Assembly: GCA_040437565.1 (NCBI GenBank)
Contig: JBDOQK010000091.1
Coordinates: 1 to 48,911 of the forward strand
Direction of reading: 5' to 3'
Origin: Albugo candida
Taxonomy: Eukaryota
DNA: 48,911 nt
Under the pieces are notes generated by a model. That model was not told the DNA's origin and searched no databases. It worked only from the letters and a program-made list of their open reading frames with translations. Both the position numbers and the translations under genes were made by a program. Below, piece by piece: positions 14,593 through 26,875 of this stretch. Numbering within the stretch: the stretch's first letter is position 1; each line of letters starts with the position of its first letter.

Positions 14593-14774
14593 TGTTTTAT
14601 CAGGTGCGTACTGCGGGTAGAATAAAAGAAAGGAAAGGAAGGGTTTCATATATTGGCTTATCGCTTGAACCCTAACATAATCATCCGACGAGTACATATT
14701 GCGTCAACAGAGTGGTAGATCGACCCAGCCTTTTCTATAATATTCTTCGTCGGTATGACGAGAATATTCTCACA
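14593..14774 (-). repeat. 5' LTR of the Copia element at 9669-14774
   Basis: TGTGAG...AAACA on the minus strand, immediately followed by the PBS-like GGTTATAAACCCAG. Confidence 0.8.
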
Positions 14775-17232
14775 AAAATCACGTCTGAATGTTCGCTTCA
14801 AACCGTTTCAATAATGATTAATCCATTTTTAGAGCCGAAACGATATCCATACCGCCACATAGTACCGCTGCCGAAGTGAATTTTCAATTATCATTGCCTG
14901 AAATCCATTTTACCGACAGTCCATTTATACGCAAGCTTCAAGATGCGCGGCATCTAACAAAAGGCAAAAGTTAGCCACAGAAGACACACAACAAGATTAA
15001 CAAAATTTAAGGCTTTATAATTGAAATCATGTCGGTGCTGAGATCGTCATCGGCATTTACGATTCTCGTTGAACGATATCTCTCTCTATCAGGACACTGG
15101 AGAATCGATTCTGACTTTTGTATCGAGAGTGTAAGCTTCTCAAAGTATTTCAGCTCGTTCTTTTACGTCTACAAACCAGTAATAATTACATATCTAGATT
15201 GCTGAAAAACATTCTGGCGCATGTTCAAGATTCACTACGCATCGCCCGTGATGTAGAAGCCCCAGAGAGCATCATGATCTTATGATGACTATCGGACGCT
15301 TTTGTGAATTATGCGAAAAAATGGATGGCGAATTTCTAAGATGGGACGAATGATGTTTCATATTCACAATGTTGTTGTAGAGAGAGCAAGCGAAGCATAC
15401 GGTCTTTATACTCGTAAAATGCGGAAGGAGTATCACAACCCTTGACCGCGTATTTTCTGAGCTTAGATAAAAGAACTTTGACCGGTTGAACGCCTCTCTG
15501 TCATCAAAATCAGATCACGGGGGGCATTAAAACTCAGCAACCAAAGCTGCTACACTCATACATTCTAAATAAGCAAGGACGACGTCATATGCGATCGGTT
15601 GAAGGCGTTCATGGAGTAATGTAATGCCTGGAATTAGCGTAAAGCTCGTTGAAATATTTAGGTGACCTAGTACGAGGACCATTTCGTGCCCGGTATGGAC
15701 ATGAACTTGAAGTCTATTTCACAACGTTACAGCGTCCATCGGGAAATAATTCGCAGTGTTCAAAATTGTATCGGAATGCAAATGGCTATTGAATGCTGTA
15801 TGAAGAAGCTCACTTTTTGCACTTAACACCATACAAGACGCTAAAAATCTCCTCAATTCGATGCCATCTAGTTGCAAGTATCCCGAAATGCAGTGAATGG
15901 AATCTTTGTAAGTAAGTCACAGTACAGCCTCCAGCACGTGGAACAAATCCGAAGGCAATCGATCGAAATGCGGGTCGAATGTTTATGGATAGAGAAGCAC
16001 AAAATGCTATGGTTGTTACATCAAGAGGAGCTCATAGGCTTGACCGGGAGAAATCAGTTGTTCAATGCGTCTCAAGTCGTGTGCTTATAAATAGATAGGT
16101 GCGATCGGGATTAGAAAATTGCAAATACAAATTTGCTGGTCGGAAAGCCTTACATGCTTGCTCGGCGTTACCATCGAGCTGTCCAATCCATCTAAATCAG
16201 AGGTAGTCAAAATATCTCTTGTGTACGATAAATAAGGAATCGCTTTGGGTTCAAACTTAATTATCGAGCGCAGGCTTCTGGAAGCATTGATTGGATGGAC
16301 AGGTTGATCTCGACGAGCCATTGCAGCTCGGGAGTAGCGATGGTCCCATACTTGTCCAGCACAAAATTACGTCTTATGAAAAAAGTGCGACTACGAGCTG
16401 TACGTGACGAGCAAAGACGGCTGTAGAATGTCTACAACTAGGAATGTCTGCTTCGCAGCCAAGTAGAATACAGATTGTCACCACTAAGCACGGTTGCCAA
16501 TCGAGGTATACTTCCGTGCTGGTGAATCAGCGATCCATCGAGATTGAAAATGGGTAGATTAATACGCTTGTACCTTTGCTTTTTATCTTTCCTCGACCTA
16601 TGGTCATATATTTTTTGACGCACTCAGCTGTCTAGTGGTGTGCTTGTGCTACGCATTATTGATATATTTTCGAGCTTGTATACTCTATCAGCAAGTATAA
16701 TATTACAGAATTAAGAAATGGTATGCGTATCGGTCGGTACTAATGAAGTGATGCAAATACAGAACCAACATAGTATTCCTGAACAGATAATAAGTTTTCG
16801 GATGCCTCGTAATACCGGGCAGTTTTTCGAGACGTAACGCATTCTGTCGGCTTGTGTTCTTATTCTCAAAGACTTTATACCATTGGAGTTCGTCATGATG
16901 AATGTATGTCGACAATATCTACTCACTACAAGATGACCATTGCTCAGAATATCAAGTGTAAACCAAAAAACTCATTGAAGGGGGTGAAGTTGACACTGTT
17001 TTGATATCATGCACTCATCATGTCATTTGTGATGATGGACTTCTGGTACATAGAGATTCATGTTGGACGGAAGAAGACAAGTATTCACAACAATTGACAT
17101 AGAATCATAACAGACATACGGCGACAGTAATTCGGATAAATGTATTTATAAAAATATCTTCGACTGTTGCGTGAGTGTCACAGTCACTCCTGACCGACTT
17201 TAGAAGCTTCGCGATCTCCTTTGAAGAGGCGC

Positions 17233-18627
17233 ATGAACTTTGGTATTCTGAACAATAAGCGATCACAAAAAGGACTCGCTCTGTCTTCCGCTGAACTCAA
17301 GTTTGAAAAAGCACACCATCATGCTAGAAGCATGGGTATAGATATTGATGAATCTGATAGTGCAGCTCGGGGTATATGGGACCGACTGAGTGAGCTTTCA
17401 AGGTCGGATCCTGAAGGGTACCGAAGGTTCCTAAAAGATCATCTACTAGATGATCATATCGCTAATCGTAATAGCGATAACGACGGGCTAGGTACTTTAT
17501 TTCCTCGACCAGGATACGTGCTAAAATGCCGCAGTATCCAGCCGGGTGATTCGTATCCAGTCAAACTTTTCTTGAATATCTGTACCCATCAAGCAATCGA
17601 TCGTCCAATCAATCCTAACTCTGAGAAATCTGTTCCAGATGACCCCTATAAAGTACCAGTAACCAATAATCTTCGTATTCCACTATTGGTTGGACCTCTA
17701 AGAACGCATTGTGACACAGCCGGATCTCGATACAAAGCGATTGACGTGGTTTTCAATTCGTGGGTTACGAGTCGCTGTGAATGGGATCAAACATTTAAAC
17801 GAGAAGTTCTAAAATTAGCAGCTGAATGGGCTCAGCACGATGCAGGTATATCTATCACCTCTACACCAAAATACATCAACTGTCGATATAAAGGGGGAAT
17901 TCATATTGGTAAAGATATCATCACTGCCAAGTTACGCGTAGACGAAAGTGGAAAAGTCATTGATACAAGTTTTGATGGCAGAATAAAACCCGATGAAAAC
18001 GGGATCGCCAAGACGCCGGCGGATTTAGTGAGACAATTGCAGGATGCCAAAGAGAATGAAAGTAACCCATCCACGATAATCGATTTGCACTTGAACGTTA
18101 AAGATCACGTACATCAGAAATCAATATCGATGAAGCCTCTTATTGAAATCGTGGAGTCAAGTACACCTACCGATTCCCGGAATGATGATGACGCTACAAA
18201 GTGCTGTAATGAAGAATCGAACCATAATGCCCGATCGTCCAAGGAACATCAAAGTGGACCAGTTTGCTACAAACCAACCAAGTCGGAGTCTGTTATGAAA
18301 AAAGGTTTTTTAAGTAAAGGCACCGATCCGAAGCTCTACCCGTCTGGCTCCAATGAAGGAAGAAAACCATCAGCGCTGGTAAATTTACTTTCACGAAGTA
18401 AAGTTGTTGACTTGAACCAGTTGAGTCCGGCAGAAACTCGTCCGAAGAAGTCTTCTGGAGATAAAAAAACGAAGTACGACATGGACCACGAGTTTGAACA
18501 ACTTTGCCATGATGCTGATCCAGAGTTGTCAAATGGTCAACTTGACACATATTTACAGAATGATCAAGGAGAGGTCTTCCAAACACCATTCCTAGAATTA
18601 TCCAACTTGATCCGTACAGTTAGCTAG
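17233..18627 (+). CDS. PIH1-domain protein, PIH1D2-like (R2TP-like co-chaperone / axonemal dynein assembly factor); start at ATG 17233 or 17332
   Basis: Intronless ORF of about 1.4 kb. 'IWDRLSELSRSDPEGYRRFL' resembles the PIH1D2 N-terminal motif, followed by PIH1 core motifs 'PRPGYVLK', 'KLFLNIC', 'IPLLVG' and 'IDVVFN'. Confidence 0.85.
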   Translation: MNFGILNNKRSQKGLALSSAELKFEKAHHHARSMGIDIDESDSAARGIWDRLSELSRSDPEGYRRFLKDHLLDDHIANRNSDNDGLGTLFPRPGYVLKCRSIQPGDSYPVKLFLNICTHQAIDRPINPNSEKSVPDDPYKVPVTNNLRIPLLVGPLRTHCDTAGSRYKAIDVVFNSWVTSRCEWDQTFKREVLKLAAEWAQHDAGISITSTPKYINCRYKGGIHIGKDIITAKLRVDESGKVIDTSFDGRIKPDENGIAKTPADLVRQLQDAKENESNPSTIIDLHLNVKDHVHQKSISMKPLIEIVESSTPTDSRNDDDATKCCNEESNHNARSSKEHQSGPVCYKPTKSESVMKKGFLSKGTDPKLYPSGSNEGRKPSALVNLLSRSKVVDLNQLSPAETRPKKSSGDKKTKYDMDHEFEQLCHDADPELSNGQLDTYLQNDQGEVFQTPFLELSNLIRTVS

Positions 18628-19280
18628 TCCGAAAGTACGAAAGACATGAAAGGACATGATGAAGTTTCTGTTTCTTTGTCTGCTGTAACACTCGAGCTTT
18701 ATCGTGGATAATGTGTATGTTTTCGGACCAATCAAATGTTCAAGAAGATATACAAAAAAGGTTGTGTACCGTTGTGCAAATATATATATATCTGTGTTGT
18801 AAATATCACCCAGGAAGCGTTGAGATTGCTTCGCATGAGGCATTGCAAAGTTGCTTGATCAACAAAGACTTGAATTTCCGCCTGAGCTGCTTTTAGTATC
18901 TGCATAATTGATAAAGATACGCTCAATCGAAAATCAATTTAACTCTAAAACACGGGCCAGAATCTTGCCGATTCATGTAAATAGTACATGCCTAACGATG
19001 TACTTGATTGCGTGTGACACCTTCTCCCTTCTCGAATGCTTTCTGAACGGAAACGGGGTTTTGTTGGAAGCACTTAATTAGGGAGCAAGCTTACATAAGG
19101 AGCAAACTGCGCGTATATAACGCTGATATTAACGAAACCATTTTTACAACAGCGAGTCAGTAAATATTAAATAAATAGGCACATCACACGAAAGTATATG
19201 CTAAACCTCAGTGACTTATTTTATAAGGAATTTTTGGATACAATCAAGACTAGTCGAGGCATACTCGGCACGCTTGATAA

Positions 19281-20754
19281 TTAAATGCGTTGGATTCCAA
19301 CGATGTCTTGTAATCCAGATTGGAAGGGTGATTCAGATACATCGGAATTCTCATGTTGAATAGCTGAATCATCGGTGAATGGCGAGTAGTGGGATAGATC
19401 ATCCAATCTGTGTTTTGATATCACTTCAATCCCCAGCTCCTCCATGATTTCCATGATGGCGAGCCAGACCTCTGACTTTATCATTGCATATTTACGAAAA
19501 TCTAATTCTTCAACATAACAATATATCCGAAGCGCAAAGAGTTCTTCCATGGCAACAAATGAGAAATGCTTCCACTTTTCCCCTATTTGCTGATCCAATG
19601 TATTTTCTTCGTGAGACGTTATACCGATATAAAGTGTTTGAAGCATTGATTCTATCCTTTGCACACATGCACGAAGGTTTTCGACCAGGGTCGACTTCGC
19701 AACATGAACTATAATGTCAAGATCTCGTTTTGGACGTTGAGAATAATTGATCATGGGTTTGTAAAGGAAGAAACTATTAGGAACGTATACTTCTGTGCCT
19801 TCCACGGTGATAATAGTTGTGTACCGAAGTCGAACTTGATGTACGAAACCTTTTGTATGTCCGATTTTGATGAAGTCATCCAATCTAAGCTGCGAGTTAA
19901 AAGCAAGGAAAAGTCCTCCAACCACATTGTGAAACTATAGCAGCACACAATGGGTATATGGCATTATGAAGTGCAGCACATAGAGCCACTTACTGATGGA
20001 ACAAATCCCAAAGCTATCGCGATACCTATGACTCCGAGAACCGAGTATTTGAGAAGCTCTCGATCTCCCAAGATTGATGAATAGATTATAAGCGCGATTA
20101 TCAGCAAGGTTGTCAATCGAAAAATCTTGACTGACTCGGAAATTACCATATGACGAGATGTGTCGTGTATACATTTACTCAAATCCAACGGGATTGTATT
20201 TGCATGTCTCAAAGGCGTTCTTATAGATGCATCCGATGTAGTCCGTCCAAATCGTCGTATTGCACCCTGTATACAGGAAAGTCATAACCAGTACCGAAAA
20301 TGAGTAGGGAGGCTTATCTTACACACTCGACAACGTTGAAAAGAGAGTAAAGCCATGCAAGAAAGAAGATACCCCAGATATATCGCGGGAAATTGCAAAA
20401 AAAAATCTCCAACTCCGAAATTGACAGCGCTAATAGCACCAAAGATGCTGATATCAGATACGCACTAGTTCCTGTACAATGAACTCTGAAATCATATGCA
20501 GTCCTATATAAACAGAGTACGTCAAATGCGATGCAGATTGATTTTATTCGGATAAGTAAATTGCCATACTGACGAATGAAGGGCAGCTTTGTCAGAGTGA
20601 ATATCACTAATCGCACAAGAATGCGTGGTAAGAATGTAGCAAAAAATACAAGTACAGCGGCCACAGAGAGGGATGTAGCGGTCGAATTACGCCACCACTC
20701 AGAGAGGCAAGATATTGCAACGCAGTTTGTGTCACAATCGCTAGACTTGACCAT
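19281..20754 (-). CDS. MscS-family mechanosensitive channel; predicted exons 20754-20570, 20503-20323, 20266-19994, 19934-19281 (430 aa)
   Basis: Three GT-AG introns (66, 56, 59 bp) join the exons in frame. Several TM helices precede 'GVIGIAIALGF...NVVGGLFL...LDDFIKIG..KGFV..VRLRYT.I.T.EG..VYVPNS...INYS', the MscS core signature. Confidence 0.88.
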
Positions 20755-21199
20755 GATTCGCGATGATTATGGCTATATTTGTCATTTTGCATACGAATCA
20801 CATATAAAGTGTGAATTCTTGGATTTGTCTAGGATGCATAATAAATAACNNNNNNNNNNNNNNNNNNNNNNNNNNNNNNNNNNNNNNNNNNNNNNNNNNN
20901 NNNNNNNNNNNNNNNNNNNNNNNNNNNNNNNNNNNNNNNNNNNNNNNNNCCACCGAACCATCATTAAATGGGTAAAGCGAATTTATTCCAGTCTAGCCTA
21001 GCTCTAGAATACGAACGAGCGAATAGGGACCCTTGCCTCCTGGTATGGAAAATGAATTCTTAGTGCTTACCAATCATTTCATCGGCATGATCAAAACAGA
21101 TACCTTGGCATATGCGCATACCTATTACTGTGACACTGCATTTGCATAACAATCACATTGAACTTAGTGTGTAAATAAATGTTTGTGTGTGCTGAGGCC

Positions 21200-22212
21200 T
21201 AGAAGAAAAATCCATAGATAGGATTCAATGAGTGAGTGTAGCATAATTTTCTTTCAAACTACGATGAGGAAACAGCACTCGGTTAGTGTTCTTAAAGCTT
21301 CATCCATTTGTATGCAGTACACAGTGCATGAATAATGTCATTACTTGTACGGTAAGATATAATGCGTTTGATTACGGGATGTTCTGTCTGTTAAAGGTCT
21401 TCTGACTAGCACTTATTCTATACAAACATCCATTTGGCTTCTTCCTTTTTTCCGTAGATGAGTATTTCTATCTACCTCGATCGTACAACCTTTGAATTCT
21501 GGCACGCTCAAAGCTCCGTTGTGCACTTTTAGTTTTACTACTTGGGCCCGGATAAGTTACCGAACCAATGCGCAATTTCATGTTGCGCTATTATCGCGGA
21601 TTCCAAAGACAACGGCGATATTCCGGTGAAAAGTCGGTCGAGGTCGATTATTGTCAGCGAAAATGATCAAACATCCATATCAGAAGATATGACGTCCTAT
21701 TGTAGCGTCTATTTAGGCTACTCCCACTACAATGCAGCGAAACAAAAGATAACCACTTATCTTACTGGTTTAGAAGGCGAATTAGTGCAGCCTACATCGA
21801 CATATCAAGTATATCGGATCTTTCGGAATTGATGACATACGTATGATAGTGCTAGGATCAGTCCTTTCAAGCTTGCAAATGATATGCGAGACAATGCATT
21901 GCTTCTACCCTTTAGATTTTTTGGTTTGATGAAGCACTTCCCTAGTCTCATTTTCTTCAGGCCTTTGTCGACGGCTAGCCATTTCTGCTTGAGAACTTCA
22001 AAAGCAGAACAATTTTCTTCGTAGGTAATCAAAATGTGCTTGAATGAATATTTAGCACGGAGAAACGATCCATCTAATGTGCTATATGAAGCGTTGTATT
22101 TGCAGAGGGTACATCTAAGAAGCATGCGATTATGTGATACATAGAAATCGTATCACACTCGATCTGATCAATGCTGCACCACGTCGCACATCTGAAGTAA
22201 TACCACAACCAT
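21200..22212 (-). pseudogene. Decayed M1-family zinc aminopeptidase gene
   Basis: One stop-riddled frame contains 'IIAQHEIAHWFGNL' (HEIAH at 21582-21568; M1 consensus HELAHQWFGNL), an E after 17 intervening residues, and 'EDL*QTEHPV' (cf. the D...HPI motif). 3' boundary approximate. Confidence 0.7.
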
Positions 22213-22932
22213 CTTGAATTTCGGTGCTCTGTTTTTCCTCTGAAAATAAAGTCATCCCAACTCTTTTTTTTTACGATATGTTAAATTGTACCGTGGACGG
22301 GCAATTTGTACTATCTGCTAGCTGCATCCAACATCGGCAATGATCATCCAGATAACGATACATATTATTCCAAAACAATACCCGTCAATTTTGCCTTATT
22401 GGAATTAGAACAATTCCCAGCAACTACACTTCACTGATAGCATAATCATGCTAAATACAGGTCTGTGCAGATGAAAAAAAAGGCTTGTAAAAAGCAGGGT
22501 CATTATGATTTGTCAAAAAATCGAAGTGTTATGATGTCTACCATTACAGAACTGTTTTTCGATCCAGTGGGAAGTGTCAGAACACGTCAATGCATCAAGA
22601 AAGACAATATAGGGAGCATGAAAGTTTTCATCATTCAATGTTATCGTTCTGTTGCGGGTGATTAAGAATCTAGCATACATACAGCACTTAGAGGCAACAC
22701 AGCGGTAATATGCAGCCAAAGGGTAAAAGAAGAAACACCAGCGGTAAGGTGAGACCGCATGTGCACAGGCTTAGCGACAATAGTAACGTGATGATGAGCC
22801 ATAAAAGAAGTGATATTGTGTAGCACNNNNNNNNNNNNNNNNNNNNNNNNNNNNNNNNNNNNNNNNNNNNNNNNNNNNNNNNNNNNNNNNNNNNNNNNNN
22901 NNNNNNNNNNNNNNNNNNNNNNNNNNCAGCAC

Positions 22933-23349
22933 TTAGAGGCAACACAGCGGTAATATGCAGCCAAAGGGTAAAAGAAGAAACACCAGCGGTAAGGTGAGAC
23001 CGCATGTGCACAGGCTTAGCGACAATAGTAACGTGATGATGAGCCATAAAAGAAGTGATATTGTGTAGCACCCTCCTCGCATTCGCATGTTGAGATGTAG
23101 AGTCGCATTCTCCGGAATGCTATACTCGAAATAAGTTCGTTCGGGTCGTACCGGTCTTCCGCCGTATAAGAGGTACGCATCCATGACATTCCATCTCAAT
23201 TCTGTCGTAACTTTTTTCAACAAGCAATCGATACGTTCCTTCGGGCTGTCAACCACATATTTATGTAGCCGATTATTCTAGAAGACAATTTACTAAATGA
23301 TAATTCCTTCCAATTTGATTACACTTACATTGACAACGAATAGCTGCAT
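22933..23349 (-). CDS. Ubiquitin-like protein (76-aa Ubl ending MRMRGG) with a 45-aa hydrophobic Cys-rich C-terminal tail; exons 23349-23329 and 23277-22933 (121 aa)
   Basis: MQLFVVN, then a 51-bp GTAAGT...TAG intron, then NNRLHK...LLYGGRPV...YSIPENATLHLNMRMRGG followed by CYTISLLLWLII...LPLCCL*. Confidence 0.85.
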
Positions 23350-24918
23350 TTCGAGTTATGGTCGACTGTACAGATCAACTTTATCTAACTGCTAGAGAAG
23401 AGATTGGATGAAATATTGCCAAATGCTCACCAACTGTAAGGAACATGGGACAGGGAATGTAATACTTCATGCAGAACAGATGGGGCTATGTTGGAACTAG
23501 TGTCTCGAAAACATTTCTCAGAAGAAAACAAGACGTAACACCCATGAACAGAAAACACTTGAATTCAAAAAATTCAACTTTCTAGCTTGCACATTATTCT
23601 TTGACTTGTCTATTCACAAGCTCTAGCGCAGTCGTACTAATCAGTATGCTTGTGACAAGTGCTTTGGAGCACATCTCAACAATACTTCTCAGATAGCTTT
23701 TACAGTTCCTTCGTGTTGGATATCAATGGCACATATTCCACTAAAAGTTGTCGCATTTCATAAACGACTTTAATGCTAGATAGTCCGATCGGTCATCACG
23801 TAAGATTGTAAGATAAATTCCGAACTCACACTGCACCCATGCGGGCAGAATCGATAGCAGAGAGAAGCGTATGATGTGTGCTCTTCGTTTCGAGTCTAGA
23901 AGGTGGCAATGACCGTGCGTGTTATAAAGTTATTCGTTGTCAGTAATATGTTTTAATTTCGTTTATCTCGACTTCATATGTATGTATATGCAGTATTACC
24001 GAAAAATATATAGAAGGGATATGGGTCGATTATCCTCGTGTACAGCAAGCAAAACTATACAAGTGATAACGCCGAAGCGAATCCAACATGAATGACAGCT
24101 ACATTGGCCTTGGTTATGCTCACCTTGAGTCAATATTAGGTCTTCATTCAAATTTCTCGATTTCTGAAAATAAATATTTATTGTGACCCTAGACTATATT
24201 AATTAATCAAGTATTATTAGGCTATTATTGAGATAAGAAAGGACATGTCTCACCAAGATCATCTAGTATGACTTCGTAGATTTGGTACACACCACCTTCC
24301 ATCTACTTGTAATCAGGATCTATAGAAAAAGAACACAGCAAATACTCGAACACGAGATCGTCTTACAATTAATAACCCTATTTTCAGAGTGCTTCAATTG
24401 TGAATGTGAGTGATTTTCTCATTTCAAAGTCAAATTGATTAGGAAAATCTGAAGGGATTGCGATTATATGATACTTGTGCGCTCCTTGAAGACACGTTTG
24501 AAACGTGTCACTATTCTCACAAATGCATTAGATGCAATCGTAGAACGTTTTCTCGTCGCGACCGACTAGTCATCTTTCTCAGCATCTGACAAAACGTTGC
24601 CTGAATATATAGTTGAGAAATCCTATCTCATCCAGCAAGAATGACCCATATTTATCCGATCAAGCTCATAGCGAACTTTACCACGGGTCAAAGATCGAAT
24701 CACGACACATCGGGTCTGTTTGTGTTGATACACAAGTTTATGTGCTAAAAAAGCAATAAACGGGCATAATGCGACCCGTACTACAGTATATGATTATTTT
24801 CCGTGTGATGAACATCAAGATCAACAGCTTCATCGTAATTATTTTTTTCAAGTGAAATCACGTGGCAACGCAAAACACTTTTCTGATTCACCATCCACTA
24901 ACAGTGTGAATAAAAGAA

Positions 24919-26265
24919 GGGGATCGTATTCAGCCCCCACCTTTTCTTTGATCAGCCCCCAGCCTCCTTAAATTAATGGCAAGTATGGCTTCTGATTGGT
25001 TTAAAAAATAGAACAGAATAAAAAAATAAAATCACGGGGATCTTAATTCAGCCCCCACCCCCATAAAGAAACAGATTACATTTTTTGTACTCCAAAATTG
25101 GATCTCTGTGTCAATGGGTTAGTTGTATTGTATGCTGATTGTGCTGTCAACAGTCATATTTATCTGACAATCCATTCGTTACAGGTGTTCTCCTCCTAGT
25201 GGATTTATCAGTTACCTCGCCTGCAAAGGCCAACTTGCTGTCACTGTGCAGCGAATGCAAAGCAGCGAGCTATAGTCCAAGTGCAGCTTGAATTCATGCT
25301 CTTAGAGGTGATCGAAAGATTTTTCTGCGCGCAGCTTTCTACAGTATCAGCAGCAGCTTAGTGATGACCGAGACTTTTTAGTTTTGTAGACTCTGATCAA
25401 GTGAAAGTAATTGCGACTATGTACCATCAAGTGCAAGTACCTGAAACTTCAATTTACTTATAGGCGTGTTGACATCCACAATAGGCTATCCTTGCGCCCA
25501 TGATTTTCGTCATAAGTGGTATCACTGTCTGGAAATGATTTTAAANNNNNNNNNNNNNNNNNNNNNNNNNNNNNNNNNNNNNNNNNNNNNNNNNNNNNNN
25601 NNNNNNNNNNNNNNNNNNNNNNNNNNNNNNNNNNNNNNNNNNNNNTTCATGCTCTTAGAGGTGATCGAAAGATTTTTCTGCGCGCAGCTTTCTACAGTAT
25701 CAGCAGCAGCTTAGTGATGACCGAGACTTTTTAGTTTTGTAGACTCTGATCAAGTGAAAGTAATTGCGACTATGTACCATCAAGTGCAAGTACCTGAAAC
25801 TTCAATTTACTTATAGGCGTGTTGACATCCACAATAGGCTATCCTTGCGCCCATGATTTTCGTCATAAGTGGTATCACTGTCTGGAAATGATTTTAAACA
25901 GCAATGGTGGCTGGTACACCAGCAGCACCAACATCACCAACAACACCTGCAGTAGTAGATTTAGATATAGACCTAGATTAAAAAGTACAAAATTTGCTGA
26001 AAGCGAAGTATTTCATGATTATAAGTTTTTATTCCGTTGCATTTATTAAGACCAATCATAGAGCATTATTACCATTAATTTATGGAGGTGGGGGCTGAAT
26101 GACGCTTCCCGTGATTGTATTTTATTTATTCTGTTACAAAAAATTATAAAAACAGGAAATAAAAGGAATACTATATTTATTTAAACCAATCAGAAGACAG
26201 GCTTTCCATCAATTTATGGAGGCTGGGGCTGATTAAAGAAAAGGTGGGGTTGAAAAACGGTTCCC
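24919..26265. mobile_element. Non-autonomous MULE derivative with long, internally repeated TIRs
   Basis: About 100-bp inverted termini (GGGGATCG... and ...CGGTTCCC), a second inverted pair near 25033 and 26113, imperfect TSD TAAAAGAA/TTAAAGAA, and an internal 'TIGYPCAH' SWIM-like remnant. Confidence 0.85.
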
Positions 26266-26681
26266 TTAAAGAATCATGGTGAGTAAAAGCACTTAAGTGC
26301 GCATAGCTGAAGTCTTATTCCTAATTGTGTACCTTTGTATACAATTGTTTGATAAAATTCGCTTGGTTTATTTGAACATATATCAATAGGAGCGCTATTG
26401 ATAGGTGCTGCTATTCATACTACTTCAAAAATCCGCGCTGTCTTAAAATGATGGCAACGGATGTTCATCACCAATTACACCAATCTTTGGTATACTCAAG
26501 AAGTCTAATACGATCATCGAAGTTACTGATGGTTCCTTGATTGAAAAATCAAATAGAAAGAAATTACTGAACAAATGATCCTGTACATGTAGGGTCTTAA
26601 TCCTAACAAAGTTTGTTACCGCCTATTACAAGTATGAATGGTCCGGTACAGGCAAGAGCAAATGCACCACATACACTTCTA

Positions 26682-26875
26682 TATTGGAAGAGTAACAGGC
26701 GCTGTGAAAGCTTTGCTATCGACCTACCACTTGGGAGTAGCTGTAGTTTCTACCCTTGGATGGTGTAGAAAAACCAGGCGAACATGATATGTAACGAAGA
26801 GACGAAAGTGTCGTAGCGGGTAGATAACGACAAATAAAACTTCTACATTTTGCAGTCGCATCATTCCTTTGAACA
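26682..26875 (+). repeat. 5' LTR (TA...CA)
   Basis: Direct repeat of 29565-29756, preceded by the TSD. Confidence 0.9.

Larger units (their letters stand above)
9669..14774 (-). mobile_element. Degenerate LTR-bounded Ty1/Copia retrotransposon (gag, PR region, IN, RT, RNase H)
   Basis: Related terminal repeats at 14593-14774 and 9669-9853. PBS-like GGTTATAAACCCAG follows the 5' LTR and PPT GAGGAGGAG precedes the 3' LTR. RT 'KWVYKTK...RFKARL..CGNEQ' and RNase H 'DNQKAI...KHVDVR...ADIYTKAL' lie in Copia order. Gag is homologous to the element at 26682. No matching TSD. Confidence 0.9.

Noticed and set aside
14990-17120. Two possible decayed secreted-protein genes (plus strand from about 15000, minus strand from about 17115)
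   Set aside because: Hydrophobic starts and partial Cys motifs only; too many stops and frameshifts, and no paralogue in the window.
18293-18926. Short ORFs antisense to or just after the PIH1 gene, and most other 60-130 aa ORFs in the track
   Set aside because: Shadow frames of real genes or TEs, N-spanning ORFs, or chance ORFs with non-ATG starts.
22682-22826. Second copy of the ubiquitin-like gene tail
   Set aside because: Exact overlap abutting an N gap; most likely an assembly duplication.
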